Origin: Kudoa neothunni
Taxonomy: Eukaryota > Animalia > Cnidaria
NCBI GenBank assembly: GCA_964304625.1
Contig: OZ199838.1
Coordinates: 16,331,731 to 16,395,730 of the forward strand
Length of the DNA stretch: 64,000 nt
Direction: 5' to 3'
Made by a program: the position numbers and the translations under genes. Below the pieces are notes generated by a model, which was not told the DNA's origin, ran no database searches, and worked only from the letters and a program-made list of their open reading frames with translations. Positions 53,667-64,000 of the stretch are shown in pieces (the first letter of the stretch is position 1; each line of letters starts with the position of its first letter).

Positions 53667-54138
53667 CCCTCCACAATACGAAACTATGAAAAATGAATAA
53701 CATTCATTCATTCACTTATAAATTGAACAATCTGTGTAAAAGTCATCATAGTCTGAGGAGTTATGGCTGTATTCAGGTAAAGATATGCTTATATCGACAT
53801 CGCGCTTGCGAAATGTATGCATCATATTTAGTTATTTATTCAATATTTACTCGATAGAACTCTCCAAAAATTTAAAAACTTGTATAAAATAATTTTTACT
53901 TTTATTTCACAGAAGAAAATCGTAGGGTCCATGGGATCCTACGATTACGACGTGGTGTAAGTAATTGTTGTTTTAGGTTGGAAAAAAATTTCACATGATT
54001 TTTGAACAAAGATTATGAGACTGTATCGCATTTATGAGGAATAATATTGGTTGTTAACCTATTTTTAATCACAGATGAACTGTAGATTGTTCCAACATTT
54101 GTGTTGGGGTTCAATCGACCCCACACACGCTTGGAGGG
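53667..54138. mobile_element. piggyBac-type MITE remnant
   Basis: CCCTCCA ... TGGAGGG|TTAA ends with GGGTC-n5-GA.CC subterminal palindromes. Confidence 0.5.
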
Positions 54139-55247
54139 TTAAAAACTTAAAAGTTTGTATTTGAAAATCATTTTATAACAAATAATAGAATTCGGATGTT
54201 GCGCACTAAAATTCAATCATCGTGTGGAGTTTTTCGACGAATATTGAGGGATAATTTTAGACGCTATTAAATATAACATTACTTTAAAAATAAAACGTGT
54301 TATTGGGAGATTTTTTAATTTAAGGAATATACAAAATTAACGTTTCTAACATGCTTAACTATTTTTTTATTTAAAAAATGAATAAATATTAATTTATTAG
54401 ACAATAGAAACTAAATTATTGTTCTATGAAGCGAATCAGCTATCTTTGTATAGTTCTAAATTTGTTTCACATTAATACATTGATAAATTAAAATTTCATT
54501 ACATATCGTTTTTTAATATAAGATTTGTTTATCATATTCTAATTTTTAAAATGTAATCCAATAATTATTTTTATATTTAATATGAACAATTCATATGGAT
54601 AATGCTAGTAATGTGCATGTCACTGAAATATTATCAATGGAAAACTATTAATTTAATTTCTACTTACACATTTATTTCTTTTAAAAATATATCATTAAAT
54701 AATTAATATCATTGATCAAATTTATGATGAACAAAATATACGTGATCCGGTAGATTCTACAAAGGATCTCCTCAACAGATTTCGATTTAATAAATTAAAT
54801 AAAATCGATATTTATTTATTTATTGGCAATCAGCTAAGAAGTATTATCACCAAAATTTTCCAAAAGGTTATAAAAATATATTATGGTGTAGGTGGATAAA
54901 ATCATCGCCAATGAACTCTCCTTGAAATGTTAATTAGAATGGTTAAATTAACCAATGATAGATATGTATAACATTTTGTTTCAAATTATTCATAGACCAT
55001 ATAAATTTCGAAATATTTCTTAGATTTGGCTTTGCGCGTGCGCAATATATCATGAATCATAATATTCATGTTTTAATCTTTTAAATATTCGAAATATTGT
55101 GAATGATGATTCGTCAATGCTTTTGTCAATTTTTGAAATACACGTCATTTGAAAATCAAACAAATTATTACAGGACACGAAAGAATTTCGTTACAATTGT
55201 ACATGTTAAAGCAATTACGTGCTTCTACGAATTGAAATTGTAAGGAG

Positions 55248-55377
55248 TGGTCACGAATGGGGTTCGAACCTGCGAGTATAACTCGAGCATAACTTAAGTA
55301 TAAGTTAAGTATAATTTATGTATAGCTTATGTATAAAGGCGGCGGCGGCGGCGCTGTACCACCACTCAGATGCTGAT
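55248..55377 (-). pseudogene. tRNA-Leu(UAA)-derived pseudogene / SINE head
   Basis: Minus strand: GAGTGG A-box-like, anticodon loop CTTAAGT, variable-arm hairpin CGAG-TTATA-CTCG, GGTTCGAACCC B box. Disrupted by (GCC)n and TATAC-rich expansions. Confidence 0.55.
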
Positions 55378-56008
55378 TGTGCATACATTAGCTATGGTCA
55401 CATCCCCTATACACCCAACCGTTACAGAAATATTTATTTTTTATTAATTCGAAGCCTCAATTTTGAAATATCTTAATGATTTTAAAGTAGTCATTTATAT
55501 AGGATACAGTAGATTATTCCAACGAGGGCGAATTAACTTAATAAAATATCTAAAATATAATGTATTGTTAGCGCGAATTTTGATAAATATTATAAAAAGG
55601 TGTACTTTTTTATACATTCAATTAATATGATTTTTAATTTTAATAATAACTTTATTATAAACACTATATTTTCTACTACAGATGAGCTATATATTTAAAT
55701 TATGTGAGTACAGAAGATAATATTTAAATCTTACGTGATCAAAAAACTTTATTGCCCCGAGTTCCTCGAACTCTAATAGAAAAACGACCCCATATTGCGT
55801 GATATTACATTATATGTTAATTAGAAAAAAATTTTTAAAATATTAATAGCGTCAAGTGGATAAAAAATATAAACTAAAAAGAAAAGCACACCTAAGTCGA
55901 TTCATTAAATTTTTCAAAGTTACCATTAAGATATAAGACATGTTAAAAATCTTTAAATTAAACAGAATACTAGAAAACCAAATTGAATAACAAAGAAAAA
56001 TGAAAAAA

Positions 56009-57746
56009 TCAGTCAAAATAGTCAGCGATATCGATATCTGGATCGAGAAGATGCTCCTTGAGTGAATGCAAATTGGTTTGATTGAGTATGAGGTTTTCGA
56101 AGGTTTCAGCAAGTTCAAACGTTTGGTCGCATTTTCCAATAAATAATGCGCCGATCATACGATCGTTCACAACCACACACCGGATATACTCACATTTCTG
56201 TTTATCAACTCGCAACAAAATTTCAGTGTCATCACTGGCATTCTCCTCTATGTTGTATTTGCCAAGTAGTATGGCAGTGAGACCGAAAATTCTGGTAAAA
56301 TGTGAAAATATTTCAAACTGAATGGGGACCATAGAAGTGATTGCAGATAGTTGGCGTTGGCTGATAATTTCGGCCACTCTCAAACCCATGTATCTAGCTT
56401 GACCCCAAAGACGTTTCTGAAACCAACAATTCACTCTATCATTTTCAGTCGAACTAAGAGGGGGTAACTGAACACAACAACAATCTCCAGCAGCATACAC
56501 ATCTTCGATGGAGGATCGCATTAAATGGTTCACCTATTTGGTTGAGATGTTAATATTTGAAAAAAAAACACTTCATCTATATACCTTGATTGCGCCAACA
56601 GAATCTTTCTCCAATTCCAACCCTTCAGCCACTTTAATGTCAGTGTTTGGTACAACTCCAATAGCAACAATAATGACGTCAGTAGAAAGCTGTTCTCCAG
56701 TTGACAGAGTGAGGGTGTATTTGTGTGAATCAGTATTCTCGTTGGCCGACACTTTTGTGATTTCAGTTTCTAGTTTGATGTCAATGGTTTTGTCAGTTTT
56801 TTGTTTCATAATATGTTTGAAATCGATGTGTTTGTGCCAATTGGGGCCCAGCGAATAGCCAAACTCTAAAAAATAGCATAACTATTCGTCGAAAAAAACC
56901 TAAAAAACAACTTTCTCTCAAGTAGGCATCAAAGTGATCAAATTTAATGATCTCCCCCTTGGCGGGATGAGATGTGGTCTCAATCTTTTCATTCTTGTCA
57001 CGAGCTTTGCAGTTCACATAATCTTGCAAAAAGAGAGAGGTAGCTTCATCGTAGAAAGCATGCCCAATATTTTTACTTCGAGCTATCCAAGTAATAGAGC
57101 AATGTTCTAAAGTGTATCTAGATCAGGTAGTATAGATCAAATGAAGAGATTTGACCGGTGGAAAATTACATCAATTCCAACGCGATCCCACCATTTCCAA
57201 CAATACAAACTTTGTTTGAATTTTCCAACGCCTTAACGAATTGATCCGCGCTATCTCTATCACGGAGAAAAATAGCCCCTCTAATGTTGAAAGGTAGAGT
57301 TTTAGGACGCGCCCCTGTGCAAATAACCAATTTTCTGTAATTGATAATGGTTTTTTTATCCGACACAACCTTACCATCAACTGTCATACTTACGCTTACT
57401 GTATGCTCTAAATTTCAGGTGTCGATCAAACTATGTAAAGCGCACACAAAGATGTACTTTTAGGAAATATTTCCTCTAGGAAACCACTTACAAACTTGAA
57501 ATTTTTATATTTTCCAAACACTCCGTCACAGCTCTCAATTACTGGCGTGATTTCGTTGAGCGTTTGAGTTATTTTGCAGTTGATTTTAGCCATTTTAATG
57601 TAATCACAAGGTGAGATAAGAATAACTTTTTCGTCATTTTTCTCAATACATCCTGTGGAGTACAACTGATCGATACATGAAACCCCTGTTATACCCCCTC
57701 CTACGATCAAATAATCACATTTCAGTGCATCATTATCCATATGCAT
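56009..57746 (-). CDS. PYROXD1: Pyridine nucleotide-disulfide oxidoreductase domain-containing protein 1
   Basis: YLIVGGGITGVSC, ICTGARP, LRDRDS, IVGNGGIALE, LGPNWH, QKRLWGQARYMG, FEIFSHFT and C-terminal ETFENLILNQ..LLDPDIDIADYFD*. Start is ATG 57746 or 57740. Confidence 0.96.
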
Positions 57747-59211
57747 TGCTATTGTTGTTAAAAATGCACAAGTTAATGTGGTATTTTTATGTGTGCGTGC
57801 GCCAGGTCTTGAGAAGAAAATACATTGATGTAGTTGGTATTGTCAAATTTGTATTACATTTTGTTCTAGACCATTCTAATTTAAAATTAAATATAATCTC
57901 TGTTTTTGTATACAATAGAAAATTTCTGGAATTTTTTTATGTATTAGGAGACAATTTAATCAGCAACAACATAATAATGAAAACATTCTTTTCTTATAAA
58001 ATTCCACGTCATTAGACAGTATTTTTTTAATTTAACATCATACTAAAATATGTTTTATTTTAATCCATATTTATTATTTTTTAGTGAAAAAAGTGACTTG
58101 GAGCGAGTCTGTACAAATTTAACTGGTTAACATGAATTAAATAGTTAAATTCCCCCAAGAGTTAAAGTTTGAGTTCAATTAGTATATAAATAGTTATAAA
58201 TTCAATACCAATTTTAAATCGTTTTATTCATACACGTGGAATTAATTTATTAAAAATAAATTTTTTAATTGTTGATTTAATTGGTATAAATTAGAATTTT
58301 ACATATTAATTGTCTATGATTCCAATTCAGTCGGATCAAAATATTCATCAGGAAATTTAAAATTAACTTAAGCTATTTAGTAATAGAATTAATCGGAAGT
58401 TAATTGCATTTTCTAAAAAGGAAATCGATTTCGCCATTGTTTCAATTTCTTTTGATCTGTACAGAAAAATAAAGACTTCGATAAAGATAGAATTGTTCAA
58501 TTTATCTAGCATTTCTTGACTTAACTCTTAAATGAGGAGGTGAGAATCCTATTTGACTTTTTTAAAATAAAATTGATACGAATAATTAATATTTTTTCGC
58601 AATATAATTAAAAAAATATTTTAATTGGCATTAATTTTTAGGTTATTTTAGTCCCACAGTTATTTCATTGTTGTTTTAAAACCAAGTTTATTCCATCTTT
58701 CATAAGAATTTTTCCACAGTATTGTGGGGATTTTATCTACTGAACACATGGTATCAAGGCAACTATAAGACCTAGAATTTTTCGACTTTAACGACGTTGT
58801 ATCTGTGGGCTCTCCAAAATTTACTAATAACTAATTCGTTCCCTTGACAAAAATAAATGTGTTGCAATCTTTTAAAACACAAAAAAAATATAACTACTCG
58901 TTATTTCATTGAATACCGTAAATACGCACTAATCAAAACTCCCATTATTTAGTAGGAGCTTAAAATACAGAAGGGGTTACCTTGCCGTGATCAGAATTGA
59001 ATTCACGAACCCCCAGTCTAAAGGCTTAATATATGTGGTATATTTCCGCTATATTTTCTAGAATATTTCTAGTACGATTTCGAAATTGTGACAAATCAAT
59101 TTCTCCTTCATGCTCTTTCGATTTGTGAATTTAAAGCACCCCATAAACTAGACTTATTATACTCTCAAAAAATTAAAGTAATAAAACATTGAAAATGAGA
59201 AATTAAAATTA

Positions 59212-59544
59212 CAGTGCAACAAATAAATGACCCTTTTTATTCTTATGAAAAAACATGCAAACCTTATATGTATAAAGAATAAAGTATCAAGTACAATAAA
59301 TAAATAAATATTAAATATAGTAATAATGAAAATGAAAAAAATGAAATATAGGATAAATTTTCTGTTGTTGTCATACGATAGATTATAAAGGGTTCTCTTT
59401 CGATGATGTTTGCATAATTTAATTGAGCGACTTTTCTTCTAGGACTTCTTTTATTCTCTGTTTTTTGCTTTAACTAGATTTTTTCTGAATACCCTTCCTA
59501 TATGTGTTCGAACTCCGAGACGTTCGAGTTCCGAGGTTGCACTG
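59212..59544. mobile_element. Small pogo/Tigger-type MITE
   Basis: TA|CAGTGCAAC ... GTTGCACTG|TA; the same end (CGAGGTTGCACTGTATTTA) recurs near 43983. Confidence 0.6.
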
Positions 59545-60305
59545 TATTTAAAAGAAAAATTACAATATCTATTAATTTGAGAGTTCTCAATAAGAGGTAA
59601 ATTAAGTAACATCCAAATTGGATAGTGGAAATTTTTGCATAATGGGGTTTGTGATATACCTAAGTTTTCTAAAGGATTATATTATTCAGAGCTATCAAAC
59701 TCAATAACAAGTTGGCAGAAATTCTTAAAATGTTTTTAGGAATAAGTATTTAGAAAATATTTATGAAATTATAGACAATCTCTTTCTTTTACGGCTCGTT
59801 TATTTTTCAATGAGGCAGCTAATAATAATACTTAATGTTGCAATCTGCATGATAAATAATATTTATGTGTCACTAATTTTGACTATTTTAATTATCTCTT
59901 ATTCCTAAGATGGAACGAAGGTCAGAAACACTTTAATGTAGAAAAATGTAAACATATTAAATCTGTAAGCAGCTTGTGAGTTAGAGTTGATGAGATTAAA
60001 AATTGTCATTACACAAGCATATATTCCTTTTAATATTAGGATTTTCCACGTAAATGGCCTCTGTAATAGTTTAACCAATATGAAACCTTAAAGTAAATAT
60101 GAAGTTGGTTTCCAGTTTAAGGGAGTAAATTTGAAAAAACAATTGAGAACCCCTGTATTAATCTATGTTTGGATGTAAAATTATCACCCACAAATTTCTT
60201 ACATATTCAATGTGATTTGATTTCGGAAAAACCTTTTGTAGATCAATTGTAACAAGGAACCGAATTAAAAAATCACATATGGAATCGCACACCTAATTTT
60301 TTTAC

Positions 60306-60818
60306 TTCTATGCTTTTTGATTCCTATGCTTTTTGATTCCTATGCTTTTTGATTCCTATGCTTTTTTATTCCTATGCTTTTTTATTCCTATGCTTTTTGA
60401 TTCCTATGCTTTTTGATTCCTATGCTTTTTTATTCCTATGCTTTTTGATTCCTATGCTTTTTGATTCCTATGCTTTTTGATTCCTATGCTTTTTGATTCC
60501 TATGCTTTTTGATTCCTATGCTTTTTGATTCCTATGCTTTTTGATTCCTATGCTTTTTTATTCCTATGCTTTTTTATTCCTATGCTTTTTTATTCCTATG
60601 CTTTTTTATTTCTATGCTTTTTTATTTCTATGCTTTTTTATTTCTATGCTTTTTTATTTCTATGCTTTTTTATTCCTATGCGTTTTTATTCCTATGCTTT
60701 TTTATTCCTATGCGTTTTTATTTCTATGCATTTTTATTTCTATGCTTTTTTATTCCTATGCTTTTTTATTCCTATGCTTTGTTATTCCTATGCGTTTTTA
60801 TGTCTATGCTTTTTTATT
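60306..60818. repeat. 16-bp minisatellite (TTCCTATGCTTTTT(G/T)A, ~32 copies)
   Basis: Direct tandem units; explains the three overlapping low-complexity ORFs 60525-60871. Confidence 0.97.
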
Positions 60819-60935
60819 TATTTGCAGCGAGAGAATCAATCGTACGAACAAAAAAAATTAAGATAACATAGAGAGTTTGTAAGCTAATATTTATATGGAT
60901 GCAAAGCTATAATGTAGAAGTGACAGATCTTGTTG

Positions 60936-62288
60936 CTAAGCGAAAATAGCCTGTATAGGAGAGAGGAACATCCGTTTCCAGCCGTTATCGACGCGTTCTA
61001 GATCATGTGCAGGTATTTTATCATGTTTAATCGTCAATTGGCAAGTGTTATTTTTCTCATTGAGGAAAGTTAGCTTGGCAACCGAATATTGAACATCTGG
61101 CCAACTTTTCAATCGCCAATTCATCTCTATGTATTTTCCCTCATCCAATTTGGCAAAAGTGCCACTGACAGTTCCATCAATGTAAGAGAATTTCCCGCCA
61201 ACCTTTGGTTCAATGTAAGCAGGTGAGTTGGTGATCAGCATCATTTTCTCCGGCGACACAAACATGTTATAGACTTCGATGGGTGGGCAATTGAAAGTTT
61301 TTGAAATATTCACAGCAAAAGTGGAAGGGTCGATATCTGCGGCGGATTCGGTGTTTACTCCGCATGTGTTCTCATTGGGCCGTGATTCGACTCCGTCGCC
61401 GTATGGTGGTACAGGATATGAAGAGACCGAAACACCGGTTTTGTTATTTAAGGTGTTGGGATTATTCTTGGTGGGTAACACAAGACCTTGTGTGCATTCT
61501 AAACAGGAATATGTTTATCAGGTCCCAACAATCACAAACGAGTACCAGCATTAAGAGCTTCTTTATATTTGGAATGGGTATCCAAAAGAAGTGATTTGAA
61601 CGACTTTTTTATGAAACTCACTAAACCATCGTCTTTTTTGGCAGAAGTGAATGATACGGTAAACTAAACCGAACCGAGAAACATGAGATTATCCACAATT
61701 GTACACGGTCAAATAGCCTACTTCAATGTTGCTATCACTGGTGTCCCATGAGAATTCAGGAACCGAAATCTTGCCTTCAAATTCGTTTTCCTCTTTGGAG
61801 TTTTTAAGTTGGGCCACAAATTTCAGTTCAAGTTCGAGATCAAATATTTGTTTTATTCGACCTTTCCTTATACTTCAGAGAGTTAACTTCACATTTGAAG
61901 AATTCAGGAATAAGTTACCCCACTGTAGAAACTCCCTCGGTTGAAAGAGACTTAATCTGACATTTATCTACATATATCACCAAAGTCAAAATCTGTATCA
62001 AATGAGTGCAAAGTCAAATAAACACATTTAGAATCTTCCATTGATTTATTCACTAAAAGTGAATCCATTTTTTCGGTCGACCACTTAAATACATCCCTTT
62101 CAATCCTAAAAATGTGAAATGTGTCAGACTACAATCCAGCAATTAACTGCAGCAGCAACAATTAAAACTGATGGATAATGCGGAAACTATCTACGATCGT
62201 ATGCATACCAGTGCCAATTATTCACATTAGCAGCATCGGACCTTTCTTCAACTATCCATCTAGGATCGCCCTCGCCTATTTTAGCCAT
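60936..62288 (-). CDS. AHSA1: Activator of Hsp90 ATPase (Aha1)
   Basis: MAKIGEGDPRWIVEERSDAANVNNWHW, IRKGRIKQIFDLEL, G..SVPEFSW, and a START-like C-domain GGKFSYIDG..MNWRLKSWP..GWKRMFLSPIQAIFA*. Confidence 0.97.
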
Positions 62289-62443
62289 CTACTTGTGAGT
62301 GAATGCAGGCGACACAAATACGAATTAACAGGTAAATGAAACAAAGATTTGCGCAGGTCAAAATGAAACGCTTGCGCATTCTAGAAGCTACTGGAACGCT
62401 AACGAACCCTCCGATGAAATTAAAAATCCAACCAACAACTAAA

Positions 62444-62828
62444 CTATTTCTTAAAAGTTTGGTCCATTTGTCTTTCTTCGAAAAGTTGTCCTACGCGCAG
62501 CTGAGCAGCAAAGAACCTGGAGACACAATTTTGGGAGCAGGTTTTCTAAAATCAACGTAAGAAACCAGCTCAAATAAAATCCATCCAATTAGATTCTAAA
62601 ATCTGACGGTCGTGTTATTACCTCGGTTTCAACGAGATAAGGTGTTTTCATTGATGCAACACATTTTTTGAAACAAAATTCGACGCTCTCGTTGTAATTG
62701 TCGAGAAATGTTTTCATCTAATTTTCGTGTTAGTCATGAGGTTAATTATTTGGTAGCCCATTGTATAAAATCATTCCTACTTGCATCAGTTGTTCTGCTT
62801 CGGTGACGTTCACGCCAGGATTCACCAT
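62444..62828 (-). CDS. TIMM9: Mitochondrial small TIM chaperone (Tim9-like), 3 exons
   Basis: Spliced MVNPGVNVTEAEQLMQ|MKTFLDNYNESVEFCFKKCVASMKTPYLVETE|KTCSQNCVSRF..RVGQLFEE..FKK*: twin CX3C and F..YN..E.CF motif. Absent from the ORF track. Confidence 0.88.
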
Positions 62829-62848
62829 GTCTTGGTTTTTGATTTGGC

Positions 62849-62858
62849 TGCGTACGCA
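62849..62858. promoter_or_regulatory. Palindrome TGCGTACGCA, candidate core-promoter element of TIMM9
   Basis: 21-30 nt upstream of the ATG; same motif and TTTGATT flank as at 46275. Confidence 0.5.
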
Positions 62859-64000
62859 CAATAATACAAACACCTGAATTCTTTTTATTTTTACGGCGTT
62901 AATATTTGATTTATATCGTTTATTTTGTTTGATAGGTCTTCAAGAAGAGTTAGATAGGAAATAGAATTTTTCGGTAGGCTTAATGAGTACTTTAATGCAT
63001 GGTTTTTGTATTATCTAGAAAATTTTGCATTAATTCATTAGAATTTCTAAAATACAGTTTGGTGTGATTTTTATGGATTTTTATTAAAAATTGTTTTCAT
63101 TTAGTTGGCTGAAATAAAGAAATGAATGTTTCTGCCAAACAAAAACAGTTATATTTTTGGGTGTTCAATAATTGGACTTAAAAAAAGAGGGTGAATAGTG
63201 TTTAATATGCTTATGAATTTTCCCTCACATAAATAAATGGAGAATTGTATTTATAGTGGTTAATATACATCGCTTAGCATAATGTTAAGCCATTTGCCAA
63301 TATTCTGGTTATACATGGAAACAAATTAATTCGTATTGTTTGATAATTCGCGGTAAATTTTCAGCTAAAATGAATTTGAATTAGAATACATTGTTACTTA
63401 ACGTGTGGACTAAGAGAACCCCTTGAGAATGCTTCTCCGTGTGATAAATCAGGAAAATGGCACAGCCTTACAAAACGTTTCCCAGAAATTAAATATCATT
63501 TCCATTGTTTTACATAAATAATATTGGCTTGTTGTGATAAAATAATGCTAATTTAATTTTTAAAATTCTCATAATTTATCAATGCAGAGTAAAAATATTG
63601 TGTCAATGATTAAAGTGTAGTGAGAAATAAATTTGGTTATTGGAAAAGTATTACAGTGTGTGACGGGTAATACGTGTTCCCTTTGGGATCGGGGAAAGAG
63701 TGCGAGTTAGCCAGCAATGATGGGAATACGCACTTTTGAGGCACGTGCGTATATTCAAAATTCAATTATTTGTTGATTATTATTGTGGTCATTTACTTTA
63801 GAGAACATCTATTAATCTAAATGTTTTCTTGCAATCCATGTATATGTTATACAAACCTTCTAAGTAGTAAGTGTACTTTCGTCTATTCGTGTTCGTGCCA
63901 CAATTACAGTTTAAAATTAGTTGGTCGAGTAATCGAGTATCAAGATACTTCTTCCTTAAAAAGGACTTTTTGATTATCATATTGAGAATATTAGTATGAA

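Noticed and set aside
60525-60871. Three overlapping hydrophobic ORFs (MLFYSYAFLFLCFF..)
   Set aside because: Translation artefacts of the 16-bp minisatellite.

Overview
Strongly AT-rich eukaryotic nuclear DNA, most likely from an animal with a compact genome. Genes are intron-rich, but most introns are only ~40-60 nt (GT..AG, weak donors), so the supplied ORF track fragments or misses every gene. The taxon cannot be fixed from sequence alone; a reduced parasite (myxozoan, orthonectid/dicyemid or monogenean type) is only a guess. The window has two compartments. (1) ~1-39 kb is packed with decayed DNA transposons (piggyBac, Tc1, pogo/Tigger, hAT, Helitron-like). It carries a tandem array of four apparently intact, highly diverged paralogs plus one pseudogene of an orphan type-I membrane glycoprotein (11-exon structure), facing a convergent gene for a type-I membrane protein made of cysteine-decorated FN3-like modules. 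(2) ~40-63 kb holds conserved genes (Shank-like scaffold, WW-domain protein, RPL11, V-ATPase E, PYROXD1, AHSA1, TIMM9) and two minisatellites. The most striking observations are: the orphan surface-protein array; one homologous intron in it reading GT-AG, GC-AG or AT-AC/exonised in different paralogs; a fixed-length hypervariable 27-nt microexon; an in-frame TAA in the FN3-like gene; and a shared TGCGTACGCAG element just upstream of two unrelated genes. All gene models were spliced by hand and need RNA-seq confirmation.
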